A stretch of DNA of 63,715 nt, the filler included, from Octopus bimaculoides (Eukaryota): NCBI RefSeq assembly GCF_001194135.2. It is 6 parts of 5 records of this genome, joined end to end, with 100 filler letters (N's around TTAATTAATTAA, not from the genome) between each part and the next. Parts side by side here need not be neighbours in the genome. Positions count along the whole stretch, not along the records: positions 46,056 to 52,929 come from NC_068994.1; positions 53,030 to 59,777 come from NC_068983.1; positions 59,878 to 63,715 come from NC_068985.1; 3 more parts are not named here. One strand, 5' to 3'. The position numbers and the translations under genes were made by a program. This document shows, one piece after another, positions 50,394-63,714 of this stretch (position 1 is its first letter; each line of letters opens with the position of its first letter). The notes under the pieces were generated by a model that was given only the letters and a program-made list of their open reading frames with translations, was not told the DNA's origin and ran no database searches.

Positions 50394-52651
50394 TTTTACA
50401 ACAAATCTTATATGAAATAATATTTTGATTTATTCTAAAAACTTGAATTCAAAAAGTAAGTTTAAGTAAGTTTAATTGGATGTTATAACATTCATGCATT
50501 CATTATATTTCGTGTGAGTATCAACTGAGAAGAAAATCTAGTTTTATGATGATCATCCCTTAACAAGATAATATGCAAAGTCTAGGAAAATTAGTAGCTT
50601 ACGAGATAAATTATCACAAGAAAAGATCATGTAGTCTACAACCTGTAAACTACATTTGTGATTGTTGATATGTGGAGGTTGATAGACTCTTACTAATGTT
50701 GTTGAATGAAGACATCCCTAAAATTAATTAATGCTTTATATTAAGATATTTTTTACCAATGCAATAAAATGAAACAATATTTTCTAGAAATTATAAATAT
50801 AACCAAAGCACTTCTAGTTCAATATCAGTTATTGGAGTGACCAATTTCAATTAGAACCAAAGAGAATTTGAACAGAAATGGAAGGTGGTTTGAGAGAACC
50901 AGAACCACTGTCAGGAACTGTAATGTTTCACTCTCTGATAGGATCTCTCCTGTCAACCACAGTTTTTCTATTCTCACCTGTATTGCCACCAAGCATCTAT
51001 TTCTGTCTTCATCCTACTACCTGCACTTACACCTCTTCGATACTCCCCAGCCTTTCTTTCTTTCACTGCTCTCACCCACTTCTCCTTTTACTGTCCTGTC
51101 ACCACAGCTTCAATACCTCTTCAACACACTCTCACATCTCTCACTCTCTTTCTTCCTCCCTCCCTCACACACATACATATTCACACCTATCGTCCACAAC
51201 TTCTTCAATTATTCTTTCCAAATATCTTGTCATCCTTATCCATTTCTCCTTTGTTATCCTCTCTCCTTCACACTTCCCTTCCATACTTGCCCTTCTAATG
51301 TAGAATTCTTCTTGAATCCCCCCTCCCTCTACACAACCTACTTTATCACCTTTCCACTTTGTCTCTCTCTTTGTCACTGACCTCTGACACTAATCCTATC
51401 GATTTGACCTTTCCCGTTCCACACTTCCTCTCCTTGCAGTGTCTACTTTGTTACCCCTTTCATTACCATCTGCTCACAACTATGAATCTAGTTCTCTTAT
51501 CATCTTGCTTNNNNNNNNNNATGCAATCCTCCAACACACCGTATCCTGTTGAACCATCCAACATGGAAGATGGACATTAAATGATGTTGTACACCATCTT
51601 TTCCTACCATGAAAAATATATACACAAGTATTTCTCTGACAGAGCTACATGATTATTGCAACCCTACATCAGCCACTTGTTTTTACATACAGCTTGCACT
51701 GCAGAGAACTCCTTTCATTGACTATCAACTGAAGATTGCAATGATGTCAGCACATTCTCACAGAATTGCTCTCTCAAGTGGTGCTAAGTACCATTTATAC
51801 AACCAGTTATGTGCAGGTTCTTTTTTGTCTACACTGTTGCACATTTTATCCCATTGTCATCCATGCAGCCATCACTTCAAACTAGGAACTGCCATAACCA
51901 CTCTAACCATACAGCAACCATTTTGTTTTACAACTTACTAAAAATTTTAATCACTCAAAGCCTTGGTCTTCCTCTCACATGCGTCTAGCATACCCATGAA
52001 GAAGCATTTTCTACTTTGCTTTTCAGCTTATGACTCACTGCTTTGAAGCCTTTCTAAGTCCAGTGCCAACCCAGTAGTGCATAGTAGGTCCAGTTAGAAC
52101 AAAAATAGATAAATTGTACTTTGTCCCAAAACAACCATCTCCCTTCTTACAGCTACACCAAATAACATCATAAACTATATTCAATAGACTAAAATACAAA
52201 GAATTACATTTATGAAAATGTAAGAACACTCACAGCCACCATGTGTGACTACTACAAAGAATCAATAACAATAGCATGCAAAGGATATGTTCGATTTACC
52301 ATGGATTATGCCTGTTCTGCATCAATACCCTTAATCTCTCCACAACAAATTGTGGCGAATTACATCTGCTTCAAGTAACACATTGAGATGAAGTGGCATA
52401 TCAATGGTATCACACGAAGCTCCATCTCTTAAAGGATCTCTCACTGCTTAGTATAATGACATGGAAATGCAATGGACATTTCCTGTCATTCTCTGATAAG
52501 ATCGCACACAAAAATAATGTACTGATCTCTTTGTTGCATGAATTAATGTGTAATATATAAAAATTAAAATTGAGGAAATTGTATTTCTGTTTCAGGTTCA
52601 ATCTTCATCATTCCTGAACACCTTTAACCAGTTCTAACACCCAACAGCAAT

Positions 52652-52929
52652 ATGTTCCTGTCATTGTCTATTGTGTTATCAGTGGTCCACTGTGTATTGA
52701 CCATAGACCTTACCTACCATGTGGAAGAAGAGAGAAGTCCAGGAACATATGTAGCAGACATTGCTGCTGATTCTAAACTTTTAGACAATGTTAAACCATC
52801 TGACCAACATTTGATAACATTCAGTCAATTCAAAAGAAAGGTGGCACAGATATTTAATATCACCAAGACAGGTAAACTGTACACTGCACAGACACTGGAT
52901 GCAGAAGATCTCTGTACATTCAACAAAGA
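52652..52929 (+). CDS. Protocadherin (cephalopod expanded type), signal peptide + EC1, truncated by scaffold end
   Basis: MFLSLSIVLSVVHCVLT-IDLTYHVEEERSPGTYVADIAADS...LITFSQ...FNITKTGKLYTAQTLDAEDLC: hydrophobic signal, then a cadherin EC1 with VxEE, GTxVxxI and LDAE-x-LC. Upstream acceptor gtatttctgtttcag| at 52595. Confidence 0.92.
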
Positions 52930-53029
52930 NNNNNNNNNNNNNNNNNNNNNNNNNNNNNNNNNNNNNNNNNNNNTTAATTAATTAANNNNNNNNNNNNNNN
53001 NNNNNNNNNNNNNNNNNNNNNNNNNNNNN
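52930..53029. other. Artificial scaffold join
   Basis: 44 N + TTAATTAATTAA (52974-52985) + 44 N. Confidence 0.95.
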
Positions 53030-53803
53030 ATATATACATACATATATACATACATATATATATATACATATATATATACATACATACATACATACATTCA
53101 TACATACATGCATACATACATACATATACATACATACATATATGCTTTGCTCTGTTTACAATTTTTTCTCCTCCCTCATGATGCTGTTTTGATACTGATT
53201 TACATTTCATAAATAAATCTAGCGTCTTGTCATAGTATCCACGTCATCATTCACATCGCCAGTAACACGGTCCCTACTCCCGACGTGCTGACGCAAACAT
53301 TACCAATATGATGATGATGATGATGCCCAGTGTAATGATAATGGACATCCTAATCATCCTCATCGACATTATTACCACCATCTTAGTCATTATCGTTCTC
53401 AGTAGCAGTAGCAATGTACCACGTCCGTCATTGTTACAAGCATTATCGTCACCTACAACATATTGCTCTTGCTTCATCTATTTCTCTCTCTCTCTCTCTC
53501 TCTCTCAGTCTCACTTTCTCCACATATATATACATAATTGTGAGATTTTTTCGCCATGAACGGTTTGTATTTTTAAACCGAAAGTAGTTTTCTAGTGTTA
53601 TATTTATTTTTCCTGAAGATGTGTAAAAGAATTTTGATTTATTAAGTTTCTTAATGAATTCTTTATACTGAAATATATATTGAAGAAGATAGATATGTTT
53701 ATTTAATTATATACGTTTTTGCGTCGTTTTTTTCTGCTATTTTGGTGATGATTTTTTGAGTTAGCTTACCAATTATTTTTGTTGGTATTTAATTTATAAT
53801 ATA

Positions 53804-53839
<36 letters not shown>

Positions 53840-54527
53840 NNNNNNNNNNNNNNNNNNNNNNNNNNNNNNNNNNNNNNNNNNNNNNNNNNNNNNNNNNNNN
53901 NNNNNNNNNNNNNNNNNNNNNNNNNNNNNNNNNNNNNNNNNNNNNNNNNNNNNNNNNNNNNNNNNNNNNNNNNNNNNNNNNNNNNNNNNNNNNNNNNNNN
54001 NNNNNNNNNNNNNNNNNNNNNNNNNNNNNNNNNNNNNNNNNNNNNNNNNNNNNNNNNNNNNNNNNNNNNNNNNNNNNNNNNNNNNNNNNNNNNNNNNNNN
54101 NNNNNNNNNNNNNNNNNNNNNNNNNNNNNNNNNNNNNNNNNNNNNNNNNNNNNNNNNNNNNNNNNNNNNNNNNNNNNNNNNNNNNNNNNNNNNNNNNNNN
54201 NNNNNNNNNNNNNNNNNNNNNNNNNNNNNNNNNNNNNNNNNNNNNNNNNNNNNNNNNNNNNNNNNNNNNNNNNNNNNNNNNNNNNNNNNNNNNNNNNNNN
54301 NNNNNNNNNNNNNNNNNNNNNNNNNNNNNNNNNNNNNNNNNNNNNNNNNNNNNNNNNNNNNNNNNNNNNNNNNNNNNNNNNNNNNNNNNNNNNNNNNNNN
54401 NNNNNNTATATATATAAGCAATGTTAAATCTCTGAACGAGTTATAAACAGTAACTACACGACAACGTGAAGTATATTTGCCACTTAAATTCGGCTAAACC
54501 CTAAGGGTTACTGTTGCTTTTAGCCCC

Positions 54528-54567
<40 letters not shown>

Positions 54568-56329
54568 TTCTTAAATAAGAATGTTGCTGACAGTGACTTC
54601 GAAGTTTCGGCCAGCAAAGCCATCGTACTCGACAAAAGTATAAAGTATCCCATGAGATTAATGTAAAATTATTTTCATTGTAACTGAACATAAAAAGAAA
54701 CATTATTATATACGGTAGGCAATATACCTATAATGATCCATAGCCAGAACTGGATCTATAAGCCAGGTCAAATCAAACCTAATTGCTACTGTAATCACAG
54801 ACCAAAACATTGCTCCCCTCGGTGTTTTCGTTGTCTGACAGGCAAGGGATGAAAAGATAAGTGATGCAATAAAGTTATAAAAAGCGGTTTTTTTTTTATC
54901 AGATCATCCCTCAGGTCAGACCCCACAACTATATTAAATGTAAATCATATATTTAATAGCTATTGGTGTAGACCTTGAATAACAGAAAAAATGTAAATAT
55001 TTAAAACAATTTTACATATTTTAAAAGAAAAATACAATTTATTGAAAACAATCCACCCAACAGAAATCAATGTTGTTCATCAGATTTCTTGTTTTGTTTT
55101 GGTTTTTGATTTTGCGTAAAACGTAAATTCTAAAGAAGAAAAATCATTATTTGTACAAAACAAAACTTTTTATTTCATTGATTTCTAATTCTGAAGATAT
55201 ATATATTTCAACATACATGGATTAAATTATGCAAAATATTTTTTTTCTTTTTCCATACTTATAACATTATTTATACTTTAAAATTTATTCTCATAAATGT
55301 TTTTTTTTTTTTTTTTCGTTATTGTTTTTTTTTTTACTACAAAGTCTGTAATTATGTTTTCAAAATTATTCTGACACAAAAAATCTGATTCTATACTTAG
55401 GAGAGACAAAGCATCTAGCTTGACTTGCTGCACATCCAGTAATTGCGGTTTCTGCAAGTACTACATGCTACATTTAAATTCGGTTGATCTTCAAAATTAT
55501 ATCAGTGGTAACTTCAATAATACTTATAAAAAGAAATCATCATCATCATCATCACCATCACCACCAACATTGTTATCGTCATCAAAACTAACACAGCCGG
55601 TTGCTCACTTCCCGTGAACTAAGTTAGCACGTTTCAAGTCGAGCGCTTTGCAGAGACCCATATACTGGCAAGTAATACTCTTTTCTTGATGTGCTCTATT
55701 TTCATTTTTATGTCAATTTTTGGCGCACCAATTTTAATGTCTTTGCTCTCAGTACCGAGCGCACAAACAACTACTGACAAAATATACACTTTTTTCATTG
55801 ACCATCCATTTTGATTCCTCGGTTCAAAGTTTCATATCTTGTCAGTTTTTCTCTATCGTTTCAGTGATTAGCTGGCAAACTGGTAGAATTTTTAGAGCCT
55901 CAGGGAAAATGCCTTCCAGTATTTATTCCAACGTTCTGAGTTAACTGCCTTCCGAATAGACAAAATAAAAAGTACCAGTCAAGTACGAAAGTCGAGATAA
56001 TTGACAAATCCCCCGCCAAAAAAATTGCTGATCTTTTGCCTAGATTAGATACCATTCATATTGTTGCTGTTTACACAGGAACATGCATACGTAGATCTAT
56101 CGTGGAGTACACCATGGCAACTTGGCATTTAAAACAACCATCTGTTCCCTTTGGTGGGTAAAGAACGCCCTTCATACAATCCTGTCTGCAAGTCTCTTAT
56201 ATGGAGAAAGATGTGTGTGTGATTTGGAACACACGCATGGTCAATTCCCTGTTTCCATTCAAGTCTCAATCAGTCAGTCTTGTAACTGGTCCATTTGTCC
56301 ATCCATCTAAATAACCATCTATCCAACCT

Positions 56330-56514
56330 GCCATCAATCAATCTATATAACCATCTATAGATAGACTGATCGATCGACAGATTGACAAACAGTTAAACAG
56401 ACAGATAGACAGACAGATAGATAGATAGAAAGACAAATAGACAGGCAGGCAGGCTGGAAGATAGATAGACAAACAGACAGACGTGCAGAAAGACAGACAG
56501 ACAGGCAGACAGGC

Positions 56515-56583
<69 letters not shown>

Positions 56584-56705
56584 CACATACAAACACACTG
56601 ACATAGACAGATTGGCAGGCAAGCAGGCAGACAAGAAGGCAGACAGGCAGACAGGCAGGCAGGCAGGCATGCAGACGGACAGAGGGACAGGCAGAGAAAC
56701 AGAGG
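56330..56705. repeat. Compound tetranucleotide microsatellite (TAGA)n/(CAGA)n/(GGCA)n
   Basis: Directly visible. Confidence 0.95.
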
Positions 56706-56822
56706 GACAAGCAGATGGTTAGATAACGTTGGCGTATGTACGTGTATGGTAGCTGTGTCTCTCCTCATCTTCGAGTAATTTGGGCTTTCATTTCGGAATA
56801 TTAATAAATAGTATATGTAAAC

Positions 56823-57117
56823 AGATACAAAAACTGACAGAAATTGTGACGGATAGATTGGGAAAGATGGCGAGAGAGAGAACAGAGACTATGAGATCAA
56901 AGGCGTATGTTAGAAGTTTTAAAACGAAGTTATGGATATTAGCAGAGAATCTAAAGCAGATTTAAGTTCAGGTTGATGGTGATGATGCGGTGAGGATGAA
57001 TGGTAGAATTTTATGGTGATTCTGATGATGGTGTCGGTTATAGTGATATGTAGTACGATTAGAGTTCGACTCACAGAGAGGTTGAAATATAAAAACATAC
57101 AGAGGGGATAGGAACTC

Positions 57118-57149
<32 letters not shown>

Positions 57150-58165
57150 TGTGTGCGTGCGTGCGTGTAGAGAGAGAGATTGACTGATAGACATAGACAG
57201 ATAGTCGGACAGTATGACAGACAAACAGACAAAGAGATATGGGTAGATACGGGAGAGATAGAGCAAGAGATAGACNNNNNNNNNNNNNNNNNNNNNNNNN
57301 NNNNNNNNNNNNNNNNNNNNNNNNNNNNNNNNNNNNNNNNNNNNNNNNNNNNNNNNNNNNNNNNNNNNNNNNNNNNNNNNNNNNNNNNNNNNNNNNNNNN
57401 NNNNNNNNNNNNNNNNNNNNNNNNNNNNNNNNNNNNNNNNNNNNNNNNNNNNNNNNNNNNNNNNNNNNNNNNNNNNNNNNNNNNNNNNNNNNNNNNNNNN
57501 NNNNNNNNNNNNNNNNNNNNNNNNNNNNNNNNNNNNNNNNNNNNNNNNNNNNNNNNNNNNNNNNNNNNNNNNNNNNNNNNNNNNNNNNNNNNNNNNNNNN
57601 NNNNNNNNNNNNNNNNNNNNNNNNNNNNNNNNNNNNNNNNNNNNNNNNNNNNNNNNNNNNNNNNNNNNNNNNNNNNNNNNNNNNNNNNNNNNNNNNNNNN
57701 NNNNNNNNNNNNNNNNNNNNNNNNNNNNNNNNNNNNNNNNNNNNNNNNNNNNNNNNNNNNNNNNNNNNNNNNNNNNNNNNNNNNNNNNNNNNNNNNNNNN
57801 NNNNNNNNNNNNNNNNNNNNNNNNNNNNNNNNNCTTATGTGTCTGTCATTCTAACTCTCATTATAATACCTACATTATGATGATGATCATCATCATCATC
57901 CTAATCCAATGCTGTATCACCAATCAGTACGATATCATCATTCCCATCAATAGCATCATAAGCATTATCATAATCATCCTCATATGCTACCATTTCTGCG
58001 TATCATCACCACCAACCTGAACTTAAATCTACTTTAGATTCTCTGCTAATATCCATAACTTCGTTTTTAAACCTCTATCACACGTCTTTGATCTCATAGT
58101 CTCAGTAGTCTTCCTCACCATTTCTACCAATCTATCTATCACAATTTCTGTCAGTTTTTGTATCT
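56823..58165. repeat. Diverged inverted repeat (core arms about 56823-56986 and 58002-58165)
   Basis: Manual alignment gave about 18 mismatches over about 164 nt; the arms enclose microsatellites and an N gap. Confidence 0.85.
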
Positions 58166-59529
58166 ATTTACCTACGTATATTGATATACAGTGATGAAAA
58201 CTCAAGATCACTCAAGGGAGAGATAGATTAAACATGAGCATACACACATGAATACACACACATAATATGCATTAAGGTAGATCTGCATATATATATATAA
58301 TTACGTATGGGTACATGCGAACATTCTTTGTTTCCTATTTTTCTCTCATTTATTCACCATCCTTATCATCATCGCTTGAATTCGTCTTAACTAGTCGCTT
58401 AATATCTGAAAATAAATTGTCCCGTAAAGCCAAATCTTATTACATCAAGTCTTATCTGTATTTTAAGCAGTCTTTGACTGCTATTGTCCTCATCATCATT
58501 ATATGAAACTCGGGTACTGCCGTTTTCAGTACCTCCTTCAGTACCATGACTACTGCATCATTTGGATCCACCACTGCAGCTACCATTATCGCAACCACTA
58601 CTGCTAATATGACAGTAGTAGCTACACACAATTTGGATAACTTACATAATGTTGTGGTGTATTTTTATAAAGGCTGGTTTTTCACGACTTATATAAAAGT
58701 TTGCTTCGTCATGGATGACACGGGGCAAGATAACAAGAGCTTGCCAATTCCATATCTGAAATATCTCGAGTCACCTTTTCTTTATCATACCGCCAAAATC
58801 TGCAGCACCGTATACATTAAACACACCATTTGAAAAATTTTACCTATATGTCCTTGAAATTTCATTCTGTTGACAGTAAAGCAATGTACTGACATGTTGG
58901 ATATTGTAACCTTTGGCATAACAATGATGTTATTAACTAGAGGGTCTTTAATAATAAGTCTATTCTGCCTGGAAAGATCTGGGATTAGACAACTCACAGA
59001 GAGAAAGAAACTGGATGATACGACACATGATGAACCATGTCCAAATAAATGAAAGGATGGACCCAGCATGTGTTAAACAAGAATAACTACATCAACAACA
59101 GCTATAATAACCACCATAGTCAATCTGTTATCCAGCTCTAAGTGAACTTTAATCAAGCAAATACCGATGGTCTACATATGGGAGTTCATAAAGGTTATTA
59201 CCATGAATGTGACTCAAACAAATTCAGGGTCTCTTTATTCGACGATGTGGTAATGATATTCAGATAAATAAAATGTGGCATTTTTATTCGTTCAGTTAGA
59301 GAAGGAAAAGGAATTGGTATCTTCGATGGATCCTAAAATCGATGATCTAGTTCACAGGTTCGCAGCTTATTGGTACTAAATGATACCAGATTAGATTTAT
59401 TCACAGTCATGTTTATGTCATTCCTTTCTTTACATGGTTTAGTTTAGTCTGTTTAATTTTGATCGTCCTTCTTCAGCTCGGTGAGGAATAGTGAAATCAA
59501 TTTAAGAAGCATGAGTAATTAGCAGACAT

Positions 59530-60345
59530 ATACTCCTTACTCTTTACGCTTTTACTTGTTTCAGTCATTTGACTGCGGCCATGCTGGAGCACCGCCTTTA
59601 GGACTTATTTTTTGTAAGCCTAGTACTTATTCTATCGGTCTCTTTTTGCCGAACCGCTAGGTTACGGGGACGTAAACACACCAGCATCGGTTGTCAAGCA
59701 ATGTTAGGGGACAAACACAGACACACAAACGTATACACACACACACATACATACGTACATATATATATATATATATANNNNNNNNNNNNNNNNNNNNNNN
59801 NNNNNNNNNNNNNNNNNNNNNTTAATTAATTAANNNNNNNNNNNNNNNNNNNNNNNNNNNNNNNNNNNNNNNNNNNNTAGATAGAGTCACGTCAGAATAA
59901 TAAAGTACAGTCTTACTTGCAAAATGGACGTGTGCGTTCAATGATGTAATAATACAAAAAAATATATATGCATGTATACACACATATATGTATATACTTT
60001 CATCTACATGTGTATATAGATGCATATCAGGGTACAGGACGTTAGAACAATGAACTACAGACAACGGAACGAACACATAGGAAAACAGAAAGCCACTTGG
60101 AATTATTCATCAGCTGCCTCTATTCTAACTCTACGTTTCGAAGATATACATACATACACACATACATACATACATACATGCATACATACATACATATATA
60201 GACAACAGGCTTCTTTCGGTTTCCGCTCACCAAATCCACTCACAAGGCTTTGGTCGGCCTGGGGCTATGGAAGAAAGCAATTGTACTAGGTGCCACGCAG
60301 TGGGACTGAACGCAAGACCACATAGTTGGGAAGCAAACGTCTTAG
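59530..60345 (-). mobile_element. Dominant SINE: tail (59530-59777) and head (about 60195-60345) on opposite sides of a scaffold join, with another repeat between
   Basis: Both halves are in the same orientation; the intervening 59990-60140 is related to the 2990-3471 repeat. Confidence 0.65.
59778..59877. other. Artificial scaffold join
   Basis: 44 N + TTAATTAATTAA (59822-59833) + 44 N. Confidence 0.95.
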
Positions 60346-61114
60346 GCGCACAAACATGCTGTGGTTAAGACCTCGTCTTTTAATTTTAGAATGACAGCGA
60401 ATTATATGAACAAAGTTCAGCTTCTATTTCCAGCAAGCAAAATGACCACCTAGAGGTGTCCTCATTACTTGCTGTAGCTGTTATTGTTATTACAGTTATA
60501 ATAATCTGAGAGGTCATGTTTGGAAGCTATATATAACTCAACTGACACATTCTATATTATTGTTATATTATAAAGCCATTTCTTATTCTACTCTCTCTAC
60601 TGCTCTTTTCGCCTCTCCCTTTCACACATGCAAACACGTCTATTTTGTCATTTCATAGTTATCTCTTAGTCGAGACTGCCTTGTTGCATCTTATGATATC
60701 AATGGTTCTCGAGCTAAATTATGATAACATTTGCTACTGTTTCATATTCACTTACATTACATAGCACACCTCCAGACAATTCTGAGATCAGAGATTGCGA
60801 AAAGTCATCTGCTATTGATGGATACTTTAGCATGTCTGGCTTTTGGAAGTGAAGACAGGTAGAGTGAACGAGTGATTGATTGTAAGAGTGGGAGAAAGAA
60901 AGTGGAAGGGAGATAGATAGAGAAAGAGAAAGAGAGAGAGAGAGAGTAGGAGAGAGGGAGAGAGAGGGCGAGAGAAAGAGAGAGAGAGAGTAAGATAGCG
61001 TGTGTTCTTAAGAAAGAAACGGGGAAAGTTGGTAGAAAGTTTTGAAGGTATTACGTCACAGCAAGAAAATTCAATGAATATGTACACATGTGTGTAGTTA
61101 TACACGTATATATC

Positions 61115-61330
61115 GTAACGCCTCGATATCCGAGCTAGTTTGTTCCTGGAGACAGCTCGTAAAGCGAAAAATCGTAAAGCAGAGCAATAATTTCCCATAG
61201 CAGCAATGCTATAAATTGTAATTCGTTCCCAGAAAAAAATATTTTACCTATAAAATTTATAATACTCGTAAATAAATGGCAATAAAACAACAATAGAATG
61301 TAAAGAATATTTTATTTAAAGTAAAAAGAA
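61115..61330. mobile_element. Pogo/Tigger-like MITE fragment
   Basis: 'cctcgatatccgag...gctcgtaaagcgaaaaatcgtaaagcagagcaataatttcccata' resembles Tigger subterminal repeats. Confidence 0.4.
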
Positions 61331-62295
61331 TGTCAAGATAATTTATCACAGATAATTTGTCACTGACAATTCTAAGCTTAAACCCTCACTGCAATGTAAG
61401 CGTTTTGATAAACGAGAAGGCTAGGTGAGTTAACCTTGACTGCAAATCAAGGAATGGAGTCCTTCAGGTGGCTCAGCACCCTCTTTGACATCCTTCCGTG
61501 TGGCAATCCCATGGTAGGTGGAACTGTCCAGCCCCGTAAGGTATTTCACATATGAGAAGTCCATTCCTATGTAAAACCTAAAGCGTGATGGTCGCCACAG
61601 CGATCCTATCCCGCTGAACTACTATTGTCAGACCTCCTAGTCTAAAGTGTGGAATCGGTTTGCAGGGACCGTTTCTCACTTTAAAACTAGTAAGCAGAGG
61701 TAGGAAGATGAACCCTGCAGCGTGAAGGATTAGTTTACATTGCTACCTGAGGGCAAGCCGCTCTTCTTCATCATATTTGGACGCAAATAAACTTCCAAGG
61801 TACAAAAGTGGTATATTTGGACCGAGACAGAAGTATTTTCGTTAGCTGCAGATTCGTTTAGCCTTTCCTTTCTGTTGTTTCCACCTTTTCGCTGTGTCTA
61901 TCCTTTCAGCTAATAGCAACAGGAGCAATATTGATATTAGAAAAAGATGGTGCAAATATAGTCGTGCTCAGATTCGCAAATTGAATATTTGCTTTCAAAA
62001 GAACTTGGGTTTTGTGAACGGAAAAAAAACCCCAACAATAAATAATAAAATTTGGATTTTGCAACGTTCGGATTCTTATTGACAAGAAGAATAACCGTCG
62101 GCCGCAACCACTGCATACACTCACCTCAAGGGAACCAGCATGTTTCAATACCAACGAATCAAGTACTGAGATAGGAACAGACGAGTACATGTCCCATCTT
62201 TAAAAACTATGCATTGTCCTATTTTAGATGACATTAGTTTTTCTGCTGTAGAGGTCGATCAATGACAGATTCACAAAGAGAGAGCGAGAGAGAGA

Positions 62296-62352
<57 letters not shown>

Positions 62353-62630
62353 NNNNNNNNNNNNNNNNNNNNNNNNNNNNNNNNNNNNNNNNNNNNNNNN
62401 NNNNNNNNNNNNNNNNNNNNNNNNNNNNNNNNNNNNNNNNNNNNNNNNNNNNNNNNNNNNNNNNNNNNNNNNNNNNNNNNNNNNNNNNNNNNNNNNNNNN
62501 NNNNNNNNNNNNNNNNNNNNNNNNNNNNNNNNNNNNNNNNNNNNNNNNNNNNNNNNNNNNNNNNNNNNNNNNNNNNNNNNNNNNNNNNNNNNNNNNNNNN
62601 NNNNNNNNNNNNNNNNNNNNNNNNNNNNNN

Positions 62631-62662
<32 letters not shown>

Positions 62663-63171
62663 TTTTTTTTTTTGCTTTTGCTTAAATTAGAAATTGTTTT
62701 TAAAATCTGATAGGTGACTAAAACGGTAGGTGACGGATTTAGTTCCTTCTGATATTCACTCGTGAACCTTGGCATTTTGAGTTCAAATCATGCCGAAACC
62801 TACTTTACTTTCTGCCCTCCTTGCATATATTCGCCACAAAATACATTTGTTTCTGTTTATGAATAGAACCCCACATTAATTCTGCTGAAACACACTTTGC
62901 GGCAGAATCGCTAGAGCACTGGGCAGAATTTATGGTATTCAGTTGCGTTCTTTGCCAAACTGAGATCAAATTCCACCACAGTCGACTTTGATATATATAC
63001 CTTTTTTTGATTGCTAACATAATACAATTAAGGTTGCTATTGTTCACACTTTGGCACAAGTCCAGTGATATCGAGAAGTGGGTAAGTCGATTACATCGAA
63101 CACAGTATTCAACTGGTACTTATTATCTTTTTTATCGACAGATGAAAAGGTAAAAGGCAAAGTCGACTGCC

Positions 63172-63370
63172 ATCGCTTGACAACCGATGTTGATGTTTTA
63201 CGTCCCCTTAACTTAACGGTTCGGCAAAAGAGACCGATAGAATAGTACTAGGCTTACAAAGAATAGGCCCTGGGGTGCCCTGCGGTCGATTTCTTCGATT
63301 AAAAATCCATTTAAGGCGGTGCTTCAGCATGGCCGCAGTCATAAATGACTGAAACAAGTGAAAGAATAAA
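63172..63370 (+). mobile_element. Dominant SINE 3' half
   Basis: 'cgcttgacaaccgatg...cggttcggcaaaagagaccgatagaatagtactaggcttacaaag...aaggcggtgcttcagcatggccgcagtc...actgaaacaagtgaaagaataaaa'. Confidence 0.85.
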
Positions 63371-63672
63371 AAAAAAATATGCATAATGCATTAACCAATA
63401 TGTCATTCGTTATTTAAATGTAGGACATGCTTGGGAGGAGAAGAACTGTTTGCTGTTTGAAGCCAGGCGGGCAAAAGTGAGTCTGTTACCTTGGTTCCTT
63501 TGGATCTCAAATTGTGATTTGTATAGATGCAGTGAAGAGAGTTTCATTAAATGAAGGACTTTACTTTATATGATCGTTTGTGAACCTTTCTTCGTCATTG
63601 TTAGCCAAATTCATGCCAGTGGCTACTTTGAGTCTTTTCTTCCCATCATTATATGTATGTATATGTGTGTTT

Positions 63673-63714
<42 letters not shown>

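Noticed and set aside
61380-61800. GC-richer segment as a LINE 5'UTR with an HDV-like ribozyme
   Set aside because: I could not construct the nested double pseudoknot by hand, and no adjacent ORF supports it.
4693-62775. Numerous long ORFs in the track composed of X, or of YI/HT/CV/LSIY repeats
   Set aside because: They are artefacts of N gaps and dinucleotide or tetranucleotide microsatellites that lack stop codons.
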